DNA of 64,000 bases from assembly GCA_035250975.1 (NCBI GenBank), contig DATFEP010000061.1:112494-176493 (forward strand), given 5' to 3'. Below are positions 51,794 to 61,799 of this stretch, in pieces. The notes beneath the pieces are model-generated. The model searched no databases. It was given only the letters and a program-made list of their open reading frames with translations, and was not told where the DNA came from. The translations under genes were made by a program, and so were the position numbers. This DNA comes from Nitrososphaeraceae archaeon. Lineage in GTDB: Archaea > Thermoproteota > Nitrososphaeria > Nitrososphaerales > Nitrososphaeraceae. The stretch's first letter is position 1. Each line of letters opens with the position of its first letter.

Positions 51794-52683
51794 CTGATTA
51801 ATTTCAAAACCTTATCTAAGATAAATTCTAGTTCAATATTTTTTCTAACCTCTGTTGATAATATGTCTATTTGCTGGTCTAATATTTCTTTTGAATATGT
51901 GAAATGTTCGCTGTTATTATTATCATCATTGGTAGGGTCTATTTTACTTTTGGTACCATCTAATGAGTCTTCCTCAGGTAAAGAAAAATCAATTTTTGGA
52001 ATAATTCCGAGACAGTCCATATTTCTTGCTGATTGTACATATTTTATTGCATTTTTAAGTAAACCTTTATTACCACGAAATTTGTTTATTAAAAATCCTT
52101 TCACTAATTTTTGATGTTTTCTTTGTAATAGTTCCATAGTTCCTACAAGGCTTGCAAAACAACCTCCTCTTTCGATGTCTGATATCAGTAGAACGGGACT
52201 TTTCGTTTTTTCAGCTAGCAACATATTAGCTATATCATATTTTGCTATGTTAATTTCGGCAGGAGATCCAGCTCCTTCTACAATTAATATATCATTATCT
52301 TTTCTCAAAGTCTTGATTGATTCCAAGACCATCGGGAAGCCAGTCTGTAAGACAAAATTTTTATAGTATTTAGAAGCTGTCATCTCAGCATAAAATTTTC
52401 CCTTAATAAAGACCCTGCTTCTATAATTCCCTACAGGTATCAACAAAATTGGGTTAATTTTCCAACTAGGTTTATTTCTCGCAGCAATTGCTTGTACTGC
52501 CTGAATATTTGATATTACCTCTGATTTAGAAATATTGAAAATTTTTGACGACATGTTCTGTGCCTTGAATGGACAAACACGAAATCCTAGATCAGACAAA
52601 ATTCTGCACAATGCAATAACTAATGTACTTTTTCCTGCGCCAGAAGAAGTGCCCTGAACCATCAATATTTTTGCCTGTTCCAA
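51790..52683 (-). CDS. cobQ: Cobyric acid synthase (synthetase domain only)
   Basis: QGTSSGAGKS, PFKAQNMS, EGAGSPAEIN, DIERGG, INKFRG; ends soon after PEEDS with no glutaminase domain. Confidence 0.9.
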   Translation of the reverse strand: MEQAKILMVQGTSSGAGKSTLVIALCRILSDLGFRVCPFKAQNMSSKIFNISKSEVISNIQAVQAIAARNKPSWKINPILLIPVGNYRSRVFIKGKFYAEMTASKYYKNFVLQTGFPMVLESIKTLRKDNDILIVEGAGSPAEINIAKYDIANMLLAEKTKSPVLLISDIERGGCFASLVGTMELLQRKHQKLVKGFLINKFRGNKGLLKNAIKYVQSARNMDCLGIIPKIDFSLPEEDSLDGTKSKIDPTNDDNNNSEHFTYSKEILDQQIDILSTEVRKNIELEFILDKVLKLIR

Positions 52684-52733
52684 ATTGTCTTTTACCTTCT
52701 ATCTGTGCACATTTAATCATCAATACTGAGCCA

Positions 52734-53912
52734 TTAATTATTAATATTTATCTCCATGTTTTCTAAAGCAGTTAAAAGAACTTCATTTTCGTTAGGAGTT
52801 CTTACTGCAATTCTGATAAAATCATTTGACATTCCTCTAAAACTGCTACAGTCACGAACCAAGATACCATAATTTTTCAACAATTCTTCTTTGTACCATG
52901 TAGAATCATTATTTTTTAACTTGATCAATAAAAAATTAGCTTCTGAATTGTATGCCACCAAACCCTTCATTTTTTCTCGTATTACTTTCAAGATCCGAAT
53001 TTTCTCTTTTTCTATTATTTTTTTAGCTCTCACTAAGTGATCTTGATCATTAAGTGCTTCTATTCCTGCAATTTGAGCTACACCATTTACATTCCATGCA
53101 ATTTGATTCAAATTTATTTTTGTTATTAAATTAGGATTTGCAACTAAATAACCTAGTCGCAAACCAGCTAAACCAAATGACTTTGTCATAGATCTTAATA
53201 TTATCAGATTATCAAATTCCATCACGTAAGAAATCATTGAATTCCTTTCATAATTTTTTACAAATTCTATAAAACTTTCATCAATTAATACTAATGTTGA
53301 CTTGTTCTTTGCCTCTTTCATAATTTCTTTGATTATTTTTACTGGCGTTAATCTACCAGTTGGGTTATTAGGATTGCAAAGGAATAAGATGCTGTTGTTT
53401 CTTTTTTTTAGTTTTTTGATCATAAGATCGTTATCAATTTGAAAATTTTCTAGTGGATCAATGAAATCAATTTTTAAACCCATTCTTCTAACTGCCAATT
53501 CATATTCGCAAAATGTAGGAATCGGAATGAATGCTTTATACGGAAATGATCTAACAAATTGATGTATTAGTTCCGTAGCTCCATTTCCAACTGTAATGCA
53601 TTCAGGAAGGATATTATAATCTAAATATTTTGAAATTCTTCTTCTCAATTCCCTACATTTGGGATCTGGATATGTGATTGAAACATTTCTAATATTCTGT
53701 GATATTGTGCTCAATACTTTTCTTGAAATTCCAAGAGGATTGATATTTGAACTAAAATCTATTCTTATTTCCTGATTATTATCTGTCGAGTATAATCCTC
53801 CATGAGTACATGAATCTAATCTTTTAAATTCAGTTTGATTATTTATATAAGAATTCTCTTGACCATAATTGGACTCTATCAAATCTCTGATGAACAAGAT
53901 TGATATTTTCAA
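52734..53912 (-). CDS. cobD: Threonine-phosphate decarboxylase (class I/II PLP enzyme)
   Basis: HGG, DFSSNINPLG, GNGATE, NPNNPTG, DESF, SMTKSFGLAGLRLGY; lies in the cob cluster. Confidence 0.88.
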   Translation of the reverse strand: MKISILFIRDLIESNYGQENSYINNQTEFKRLDSCTHGGLYSTDNNQEIRIDFSSNINPLGISRKVLSTISQNIRNVSITYPDPKCRELRRRISKYLDYNILPECITVGNGATELIHQFVRSFPYKAFIPIPTFCEYELAVRRMGLKIDFIDPLENFQIDNDLMIKKLKKRNNSILFLCNPNNPTGRLTPVKIIKEIMKEAKNKSTLVLIDESFIEFVKNYERNSMISYVMEFDNLIILRSMTKSFGLAGLRLGYLVANPNLITKINLNQIAWNVNGVAQIAGIEALNDQDHLVRAKKIIEKEKIRILKVIREKMKGLVAYNSEANFLLIKLKNNDSTWYKEELLKNYGILVRDCSSFRGMSNDFIRIAVRTPNENEVLLTALENMEININN

Positions 53913-53980
53913 TCATGTAAATACTTTTTTTGGTTGAATAACGATTATTAGATCGTTATTATTTATTTAATTGCTGTAAT

Positions 53981-55057
53981 ATGTTAAAAGTAGCGTTAAT
54001 AGGCTCTACCGGTGCAGTTGGACAAGAATTTGTAGTAGCACTTGCAAACCATCCTTGGTTTGAATTACAGGATATAGCCTCATCTGAAAGATCAGCGGGA
54101 AAAAAGTATATCGATGCCATTAGAGACCAAAACACAGGTATATTAAAATGGCATAACAAAGAACAGGTTCCAGATTATATTAAAGAGAAAGTTGTAAGTA
54201 AGGTTGATGACATAGATCCTAAAAATTATGATCTTGTTTTTACTGCGTTAGAATCATCTGACGCACAAATAATTGAGCCAAAAATGGCTGAAATAACACC
54301 GGTTATAAGTACAGCTGCTGCTTTCAGATATCAAGACGATGTTCCAATATTGATTCCAGGTATAAATGATGAACATGTAGAATTATTGAATATTCAAAAG
54401 AAAAACAGACAATGGAAAGGGTTTGTGTGTCCGCTACCTAATTGTACAACTACCGGTTTGGCAATTTCTCTGAAACCTATATTAGACAATTTTGGCATCG
54501 AAAGTATTTTTATGACTTCAATGCAAGCTCTTTCTGGAGCTGGAAGGTCTCCTGGAGTGGCTGCTTTAGATATAATAGACAATGTCATACCATTTATTCC
54601 AAAAGAAGAAGAAAAGGTGCAAGTAGAAACCAAAAAGATTCTAGGATCCTTTACAGATAGTTCTATATGCCCTTCAACAGTTAAGGTTAGTTGTACTTGT
54701 ACTAGAGTACCTGTTTTAGATGGCCATACAGAAACAGTATTTGTGGAAACAAAAACACCTGTTGAGCCAGAGCAAGTAAAACAAGCAATGATCAATTTTT
54801 CAGATTCTGTCAAACTCAGCGGATTACCGTCATCGCCAAAGCAATACATAATAGTTCATGATGATCCTACTAGACCTCAACCCAGAATCGATAGGGAAAT
54901 CAATGATGGAATGACTACATTTGTTGGAAGATTACGAAAGGATACAGTATTTGACAATGGAATTAAGTATGTGCTTTTATCTCACAATGAAAAGATGGGT
55001 TCCGCAAAAGGTGCAGTACTTTTAGCTGAATTGCTAAAATCTAAGAATATGATATAG
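53981..55057 (+). CDS. asd: Aspartate-semialdehyde dehydrogenase
   Basis: GSTGAVGQ, PNCTT, QALSGAG, RVPVLDGH. Confidence 0.93.
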   Translation: MLKVALIGSTGAVGQEFVVALANHPWFELQDIASSERSAGKKYIDAIRDQNTGILKWHNKEQVPDYIKEKVVSKVDDIDPKNYDLVFTALESSDAQIIEPKMAEITPVISTAAAFRYQDDVPILIPGINDEHVELLNIQKKNRQWKGFVCPLPNCTTTGLAISLKPILDNFGIESIFMTSMQALSGAGRSPGVAALDIIDNVIPFIPKEEEKVQVETKKILGSFTDSSICPSTVKVSCTCTRVPVLDGHTETVFVETKTPVEPEQVKQAMINFSDSVKLSGLPSSPKQYIIVHDDPTRPQPRIDREINDGMTTFVGRLRKDTVFDNGIKYVLLSHNEKMGSAKGAVLLAELLKSKNMI

Positions 55058-55141
55058 AGTGATGGACATTTCCTTAGTTTTAAGATATAAATATCAAAAC
55101 ATAGAATCAGTTATGACATAACACGAGTTGAGAGTTAAACT

Positions 55142-56029
55142 GTGATTCGACAAGTAACATTAGGAACAAAAGTAAAAAATTATTATGAATTAACAAAACC
55201 AAAAATTTGGTATTTGTTGGTTTTTACTGCTTTCGGATCCGCTCTTACTGCTTCTTTCCTATTTGATATCCCGATTAGTGTTGTTACGTGGATTCTGTTA
55301 TTAGGTGGAGTGGCGGCAGGTTCTGCTGCAGCCGACACTCTAACTGGTTATAACGATAGAGATATTGACGCAATAATGGAAAGAACAAAAGATAGACCTA
55401 TTCCATCAGGAAGAATTTCCCCCAAGAATGCTTTAATATTTGGTTTAATTTTAATGGCAATCTCTTTGGTATTTTCTTGGTTCATAAATATCTGGGCATT
55501 TATTCTGATGATATTCGGTCTTTTTGATAATATAATTATTTACAGTAAATGGTTAAAAAGACGCAGTCAGTCAAATATTATTCTAGGTGGATTTTCAGGA
55601 GCGGCCCCCGCTCTAATAGGATATCTTGCTGTAACTACGCAGAGTATTGAGATAGGTCTGGTAATGGCAGCTCTGGTATTTTTGTGGATACCAACTCATA
55701 TTTGGAGTCTTGCTTTGCACGTGAAAAAAGATTATCAAAAGGCAAAGGTTCCAATGTTACCGGTAGTATCCGATGAGAAAAGATCAGTCAGGATTATTGC
55801 CGCAACTACTGTAATGATGATATTTTTTAGTATTCTGCCATTTTTCTTTAATCAATTTGGTTTGATATATCTGATCACGACAAGTGTATTCGGAGCAATA
55901 ATGATGGCACTCTGTTTTTGGCTTTTGATTAAACCTACAGAACGTGCATCGTGGACAGTTTTTAAATTTTCGAGTCCATATCTGACAGCCATATTTATCG
56001 CATTTATTGTAGATTCATTCTTTCATTAA
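55142..56029 (+). CDS. cyoE: Heme o synthase (protoheme IX farnesyltransferase)
   Basis: LTKPKI, DRDIDAIMERTKDRPIPSG, WIPTHIW, DYQKAKVPMLP. Confidence 0.95.
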   Translation: MIRQVTLGTKVKNYYELTKPKIWYLLVFTAFGSALTASFLFDIPISVVTWILLLGGVAAGSAAADTLTGYNDRDIDAIMERTKDRPIPSGRISPKNALIFGLILMAISLVFSWFINIWAFILMIFGLFDNIIIYSKWLKRRSQSNIILGGFSGAAPALIGYLAVTTQSIEIGLVMAALVFLWIPTHIWSLALHVKKDYQKAKVPMLPVVSDEKRSVRIIAATTVMMIFFSILPFFFNQFGLIYLITTSVFGAIMMALCFWLLIKPTERASWTVFKFSSPYLTAIFIAFIVDSFFH

Positions 56030-56114
56030 ATACATCTACAAAGAACCATTTTATTTTATTTGCAGCAGATTTATTTATTAAAATTTATTAAACAATATAG
56101 TTTAATGATATTGA

Positions 56115-56591
56115 ATGAGTCTTGATCATAAGGAAGATTCAAATGTGCATGCAAAATCATGGATGGTTGAATGGGGTAAAATAATTGAAGAATTTAAAGA
56201 TTATTCAAAAGCACTTGAACTTTTTAATTCAAAATCTTCTGAGGACGTAATTCTATACGAAGTTCAAAGAACTTTGTCTGACGGTTCTATTGTCAAAAAA
56301 ATACCTATCCTTAACACCAAAAAGGCTCGTGAAAGAATGGACGAGTTGGATAAAAAAAGAAAAAAAGAAATCCAAAATCTTAAAAAAGAGGAACAGACTA
56401 AAAAACAGAAAGATCTCCCACAAAAAAATAGAATTCAGGACATAAAATATAGAATAATACTTTTGATAGTTATTGTTATTGCATTTTTTATCTTACTTTA
56501 TATTCTTAGTCAAATAGTTACATCCTCCGATACACTTCATTCTCATGTATTAGGATATGAAATCAATAGAAATATCTTTGCATATTTGTAA
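56115..56591 (+). CDS. Hypothetical protein with coiled coil and single TM
   Basis: Lys/Glu-rich helix followed by IILLIVIVIAFFILLYIL. Confidence 0.7.
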   Translation: MSLDHKEDSNVHAKSWMVEWGKIIEEFKDYSKALELFNSKSSEDVILYEVQRTLSDGSIVKKIPILNTKKARERMDELDKKRKKEIQNLKKEEQTKKQKDLPQKNRIQDIKYRIILLIVIVIAFFILLYILSQIVTSSDTLHSHVLGYEINRNIFAYL

Positions 56592-56636
56592 TAGGTGAAT
56601 TATTACAAAATCATTCTATGTTCTTTTCTTTGTATT

Positions 56637-57431
56637 TTATTTTGTAGATATATTAAATATTTCATCAAGTGTGATAGAGTACGGTTTTTTACCGCTTACT
56701 TTGAACCTAGTCGAGTTTCCCTTGAAATCAGCCTCTTGAATAAATCCCAATTTCTTAAAAATAGATAAAGCTATTTTTCCCCTTTGTCTATTATTACCAC
56801 AAGCAATTCTATCTTTATCTTGAATATTTTGAAGAATAAACATTCCACCTTTATTTTCATTCGATAATGAAATAACCGCCCTCCATAGTCGAGAAATATA
56901 AGAATTAGGATCGTTTAGCGATCCCATGTAAATAATTTTTGAACTACCAAGAGATTTTGTAATTAGCTGAGCAGCAAAATTCATCCTGTCTGTTTCTTTG
57001 AAATAGATTCTATACACGCTTTGTTTTTTGAATTGCCTACTTTCTTCATTGTCAAACCAATATGCATATCCAGACGGTTCTGACAAATATGGTTGAACGT
57101 ATTTTTTATTATGTTCTAAATTAATATAATTAACGTTGTTGTGGTCATAATTGATTTTTTCATCTCGAGTTATTCTATTTTTATCATGGACGTAAATAAT
57201 TTTCTGTGCATCACCTAATCTTTCGAAATTAACTATGTATTTTCTCTTCTTCCTAGATTCGATCAACATAATAATTCCATCGTCTATCAAATCTCTCAGT
57301 GCCCTATCTAGGTTAATATCGTAATGCTTCCCGATTTCTTTCAAAATTTGGTCGTGGTACACAGCATTATGTACTCCTTCTCCAATTAATTGATAGAGGA
57401 ACCACTTCTTCCAGCCCTCCACATTCAACAT
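56637..57431 (-). CDS. Hypothetical protein with putative winged-helix domains and PIP-like tail
   Basis: LDRALRDLIDDGII..KYIV and IALSIFKKLGFI..RFKV resemble wHTH helix+wing; C-terminal ITLDEIF. Confidence 0.7.
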   Translation of the reverse strand: MLNVEGWKKWFLYQLIGEGVHNAVYHDQILKEIGKHYDINLDRALRDLIDDGIIMLIESRKKRKYIVNFERLGDAQKIIYVHDKNRITRDEKINYDHNNVNYINLEHNKKYVQPYLSEPSGYAYWFDNEESRQFKKQSVYRIYFKETDRMNFAAQLITKSLGSSKIIYMGSLNDPNSYISRLWRAVISLSNENKGGMFILQNIQDKDRIACGNNRQRGKIALSIFKKLGFIQEADFKGNSTRFKVSGKKPYSITLDEIFNISTK

Positions 57432-57499
57432 TATATAAAAGCTATTTTTTTCGAATATATAAGCATAAACACGGAATTATTTAAAAATATGTCAAGATT

Positions 57500-57886
57500 A
57501 TGAAATTTATATATGATGTGTATATTATTTTATCCGTATCATTGAACCAATCACACTCTTATAAACGAAAACGACCCATAGAGAATCTATTTAAAAACGA
57601 TATCGCTCGGGTATTAGATTTATTTATTTTTAACTCAGAGTTTTCATATTCGACAAAAGAACTAAGTGATTTAACCGAAATCCCATATCAAAACATCCAA
57701 AGGATTTTGATAACATTGGTGAAGAAGAAAATAATTTTAGCTAAAAAATCAGGCAACATGAAGAGCTTTTCCATAAACAATAATTCTGAACTTTCAAGAG
57801 CTCTAATAAGGTTTGTTCATCAATCCGTTAACATGGAAATTGACCAATTTATTAAAAATTCACCTGCAATGATAATAAAAGGGTAA
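57500..57886 (+). CDS. Winged-helix DNA-binding protein
   Basis: ARVLDLF..YSTKELSDLTEIPYQNIQRILITLVKKKII..GNMKSFSIN; true start uncertain. Confidence 0.8.
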   Translation: MKFIYDVYIILSVSLNQSHSYKRKRPIENLFKNDIARVLDLFIFNSEFSYSTKELSDLTEIPYQNIQRILITLVKKKIILAKKSGNMKSFSINNNSELSRALIRFVHQSVNMEIDQFIKNSPAMIIKG

Positions 57887-58289
57887 TGAACCCTTTTTTT
57901 GAATTGTTACTCAAAAGATGAATTGATAAAGTTTTGAAAATATTCGTTGCAAAATCCAACAACAGCTTCGGTACGATTGATGATGGTAAAATAACCAAGT
58001 CGTATCTCTTTGTAAGAATTTTATTTAAGAAAATTTTCTTTAATGTCTTTTTTGTAAAATCTCATATAATAATTCCACTAAAAAGATGAGGTATAACGTA
58101 TGAAATTTGGTACGTTTGATTTTATAAGAATTTTGACATGACATTAATATTATTATTTGATGATTACCTTTACTAAACCTAATTGATATCTGGATTAATT
58201 TAGCGATCTCGTATAATTTACGAATCTCAAATTTATATATTGATTATTTTTTAAATTGATTTAATTATGAGCCATTTCTATTAAAGATA

Positions 58290-58466
58290 ATGCCATTCAT
58301 CGCTGTATCTATGTATCCAGGAAGATCGGAAGATCAAAAAAAAGAATTTGCCAAAGAGGTTACGGATTTGGCTGTAAAAATTCTTAAAACAAAAGCAGAA
58401 CATGTTATCGTAGTTTTTGATGAGAATCCAAAAGAAAATTGGTATTTGTCAGGAAAAAACCTCTAA
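58290..58466 (+). CDS. 4-oxalocrotonate tautomerase family protein (58 aa), not in ORF track
   Basis: MPFIAVSMYPGRSEDQKKEFAKEVT..HVIVVFDE..ENWYLSG; catalytic Pro1 and GR..QK motif. Confidence 0.9.
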   Translation: MPFIAVSMYPGRSEDQKKEFAKEVTDLAVKILKTKAEHVIVVFDENPKENWYLSGKNL

Positions 58467-58524
58467 TATCAAATAATCGATAAAAAATATTTTTTCTATA
58501 GAAGTCTTTATTTGATTTATCTCA

Positions 58525-59496
58525 TTACTGCTGTGTTTGCTGTATTTTTTCGATATTTTCTAATCCTGGTAAAGCCTTTATTTCTTTACATCTTTTTCTC
58601 AATGAAACTGTAGAAATGTCAGCTACTTGACATATCTCAACTTGTCTAATGAATTCGTCACATATTTGAGATGCCAAATATATCACTGCGCCTGCAATCG
58701 CTCTTGGGTTTTTTCCTATTGATATTCCCCTTTGTTCTACATGACCAAAGATTTGTAATGCTTCCCTTTTGGTTTTCTCACTAAGTTTTAGTCTGTTAGA
58801 TATTATTGTAACATAATCTGGACCTTTAGTTGCAGGAATGTTAAGATCTAATTCATTTAAAATCAATTTATAATGAGACATCAATTCCTTGCTGGTTATG
58901 TTACAAATTTCAGATACATCGAGAATAGTTTTTGGTGTTGAAGCCTCTCTACACGCTGCATACAATGAAGCTCCAACTAATCCTATTGTTGATCTACCTT
59001 TTGCCAATTTTTTTACTGCTGCTTTTCTATAGATGTATGCAGCACTTTCAATAACCGCTTGATTAAGACATAATTTATCACCAAAGTTATTCAGATATTT
59101 CAGAGCCTTTTCTAGATTTCTTGATACAGAATCATTTAATTGAGATCTGCTGTTCCATGTACGGAGTCTCTGAATCTCCATTCTTTGTTTTGGTTGTAAT
59201 ACTTTGCCCCTTGCGTCAGTGTCACCCATTCCTATCAAAGTTGACAATCCTTTATGATGAACTGCTAATGATTCTGGCATTCCGGTTCTGAACCTGTCAT
59301 TAAAGTCTGATTGCATAATATAGCCCTGAATAGTTTCATTGTTTAGAGAATCATTATTTAAAACATAACCACAAGATGAACAAACAAATTCGTTTGCAGA
59401 ATTATCAAATATAATGGCATCTTTGTGGCAATTTTCACAATATGCCGGATTATTTGGATCGGGTTGATTAGATTCCTCTTGCTTTCTGTATTCCAC
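58525..59496 (-). CDS. tfb: Transcription initiation factor IIB
   Basis: CENC..CSSCG Zn ribbon, RTG.P, GLST.I, RLRTW, two cyclin repeats (KGRS, GKNP). Confidence 0.95.
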   Translation of the reverse strand: MEYRKQEESNQPDPNNPAYCENCHKDAIIFDNSANEFVCSSCGYVLNNDSLNNETIQGYIMQSDFNDRFRTGMPESLAVHHKGLSTLIGMGDTDARGKVLQPKQRMEIQRLRTWNSRSQLNDSVSRNLEKALKYLNNFGDKLCLNQAVIESAAYIYRKAAVKKLAKGRSTIGLVGASLYAACREASTPKTILDVSEICNITSKELMSHYKLILNELDLNIPATKGPDYVTIISNRLKLSEKTKREALQIFGHVEQRGISIGKNPRAIAGAVIYLASQICDEFIRQVEICQVADISTVSLRKRCKEIKALPGLENIEKIQQTQQ

Positions 59497-59816
59497 TAAG
59501 TTTTCATAGTATGCAATTATTTTATTTATACGTTTTCTAGAAATTCGATAAACAAATAATCTTACTATATATATTGAGAAATATCTTGATAAATTAGGTT
59601 TACTTAATAATCTCTAATGAATATATATTATATTCTAAAGAAATCTAACTTTCATTAATAATAATGTATGTGTTTTGTTTTATTTATGAATAATGCTTAT
59701 TTTTGTTATGCATTTTTTTTATATAACAATAATCAATTTTCTTCCCAGTTTCCCTCATATTCCAACACAACGTTAATCAAACCCTGTATCCATGAATCAT
59801 TTTGACAGGACGTTTT

Positions 59817-59911
59817 GCCTTGATAGCTCAGCCTGGTAGAGCGTTTCCTTGGTAAGGAAAAGGTCGCGGGTCCAAAAGTGTAGAAAAACACTGGAATTCC
59901 CGCTCAAGGCT
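59817..59911 (+). tRNA. tRNA-Thr(GGT) with 21-nt intron (59877-59897) at position 59/60
   Basis: Acceptor stem GCCTTGA/TCAAGGC; anticodon arm TTTCC-TTGGTAA-GGAAA; BHB GCGGG-TCCA-AAA-GTGT-loop-ACAC-TGGA-ATT-CCCGC. Confidence 0.92.
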
Positions 59912-60036
59912 TCCTTTTTGAGCACAAATTTTGATATGTTTGAAAATAATTCTACATTAGATTCTTATTTTCACACCGATATCGGTATTATTCTAATATA
60001 TTGCTGAACCATCTAATTTTATATAAGATGAATTTG

Positions 60037-60891
60037 TTAATCCATATTCATAGACATAGTATCCATATTCATAGAATCATTATACAATGTAATTATTCCT
60101 GATACCGTTAGAATTCCTACAATAGCAAAAGCAATTCCTGTAAACCTTGATATCCATATTCCTTTTGACCATATTTTTTCTCCAAATATTATTCCAGCAA
60201 ATATGCCCATCCATGCTATATTCATCCATCCTAATGCTACCATCAATAGAAAATAAGGCCAACAACATCCTAGACAATATAATCCATGATATGTTCCCAT
60301 TTTGACCGTGCTTATTATGCTGTTTCCCTTCCATCTCTTTGTAAAGAAAGCTAAAGGAGATTCACAATATCCTAGACACTTTCTTTTTAATGAACTAAAT
60401 TGATATACCCCAGAAATAACTAATAGAAATCCAGACACAATATCTAATTCTTTTACCTCATATGTAGTAAACAAATTATTCATTAAAATAGACCAAGATA
60501 GCAAGAGCAAGATTCCAGTTAATGACCATACTAAAAGATAAGATGCAACAAAGACTATTGTTTTTATAGAATAATTAATGGATGAAAATATTAATGGAAA
60601 TTGTCGTTGCTTATTGTTTTTTTTTTTAGAAATATCCAAAAGATAGTTACTATTATTGTTATTTTCAACTATCAATTGATTATACAATAATACCATTGGA
60701 ACAATAGCTGGAAACATCATTGCAGCCATTCCTACTGTCCAGCTTACAGTAAATATCAATAATGCGATAGGATTTAGTGTCATCATTGTTTCCATCATAT
60801 TGTCAGGCTGGCTGATGGAGAACAACCATGCTACTAAAGAAGTAAAGAGAAGAGCTACAAGAATTATTTTTTGTAGTTTATACATTACCAT
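60037..60891 (-). CDS. DUF2182-like predicted metal-binding integral membrane protein
   Basis: WTVGMAAMMFP, YLLVW, GVYQFSSLKRKCLGYCESP, GLYCLGCCWPYFLLM, GWMN..M, EK; Met-rich ends. Confidence 0.88.
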   Translation of the reverse strand: MVMYKLQKIILVALLFTSLVAWLFSISQPDNMMETMMTLNPIALLIFTVSWTVGMAAMMFPAIVPMVLLYNQLIVENNNNSNYLLDISKKKNNKQRQFPLIFSSINYSIKTIVFVASYLLVWSLTGILLLLSWSILMNNLFTTYEVKELDIVSGFLLVISGVYQFSSLKRKCLGYCESPLAFFTKRWKGNSIISTVKMGTYHGLYCLGCCWPYFLLMVALGWMNIAWMGIFAGIIFGEKIWSKGIWISRFTGIAFAIVGILTVSGIITLYNDSMNMDTMSMNMD

Positions 60892-60914
60892 AATCCTAAT
60901 TATTTCCTATAAAA

Positions 60915-61562
60915 TCATGGTCCACTCCAATCAAATTTGATATGTTTGCTTGATCTGCCACTTCTTTCCCATTTGTATCCTGTCTCTGCGGCATCAACTT
61001 TATCTGATACTGCTATTCCCCAGGTTGCAATTGTACCTGGACCCACTTCGCTTCCTGGTGGATTTATTGTTTGAACCCTCTTACCTGGTGGTGTCATAGG
61101 TCCTGTCAATGCTTCTGCCCTTGCAATTATCTTTCCAGGAATTTCTGCACTCCAATAGGAAAGATCATCAGCAACCTGAAATTTAATGGGAGCAAAATTT
61201 ATCCCACAATGCTCTCCTATAAGCTTTGCAAATTGAGCCATAAAACCACCAGCCTTTCCACTAAAAATCATCTGCAAAGCTTCCCGTTGTTGTTGGTCAG
61301 CCTGCTCATCGAAGAAAATTGCAATACTTACTTTTGTATTACCAGCCCAGATATTACCTTCAAAACTTGTTAATGCCAACACACTTAATCCATTAAGGAC
61401 AGTTTCACCGTAGTTACCGGTATTAATATGATAAGCCATAACAGCATCACAATCACCATAACTTGGAGTTTGAGCAAATTCACAAGGACAAGGAATGTTG
61501 CACTTACATACATCAAACCAATCTCCAGAAGCCTTCCAGTTTGGAACATTGATTGTTGTCAA
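60915..61562 (-). CDS. DUF1326-like Cys-rich protein (paralogue B)
   Basis: W..SGDWFDVCKCNIPCPC..P..G.C, G.YG...L.GL, DEQADQQQREAL..IFSGKAGG. TTG at 61562 is the likely start. Confidence 0.88.
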   Translation of the reverse strand: MTTINVPNWKASGDWFDVCKCNIPCPCEFAQTPSYGDCDAVMAYHINTGNYGETVLNGLSVLALTSFEGNIWAGNTKVSIAIFFDEQADQQQREALQMIFSGKAGGFMAQFAKLIGEHCGINFAPIKFQVADDLSYWSAEIPGKIIARAEALTGPMTPPGKRVQTINPPGSEVGPGTIATWGIAVSDKVDAAETGYKWERSGRSSKHIKFDWSGP

Positions 61563-61799
61563 TATGTTATTTAAGCAAGATAGGAAGTATTTTAATTTTT
61601 GATGTAGTTTTCGTTCTTCTGTATAAATCCAAAATAACATAATTATTTGAACTTTAAAAAGAAAACATATAGAACAAATTAGATAGATAAAAAATGAATT
61701 TAGCCAATTTACTGCCCTACTGAATATAATAAAATAACAAAGTGTTGGTAGATTTGAAATCTGAAGAGAGAGAGAGAAATTCAATTATTATTTCTACAG

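Noticed and set aside
61563-61784. Hydrophobic N-terminal extension on DUF1326-B suggesting a membrane anchor
   Set aside because: AT-rich promoter-like DNA. The paralogue aligns from the TTG at 61562, so the extension is probably not translated.
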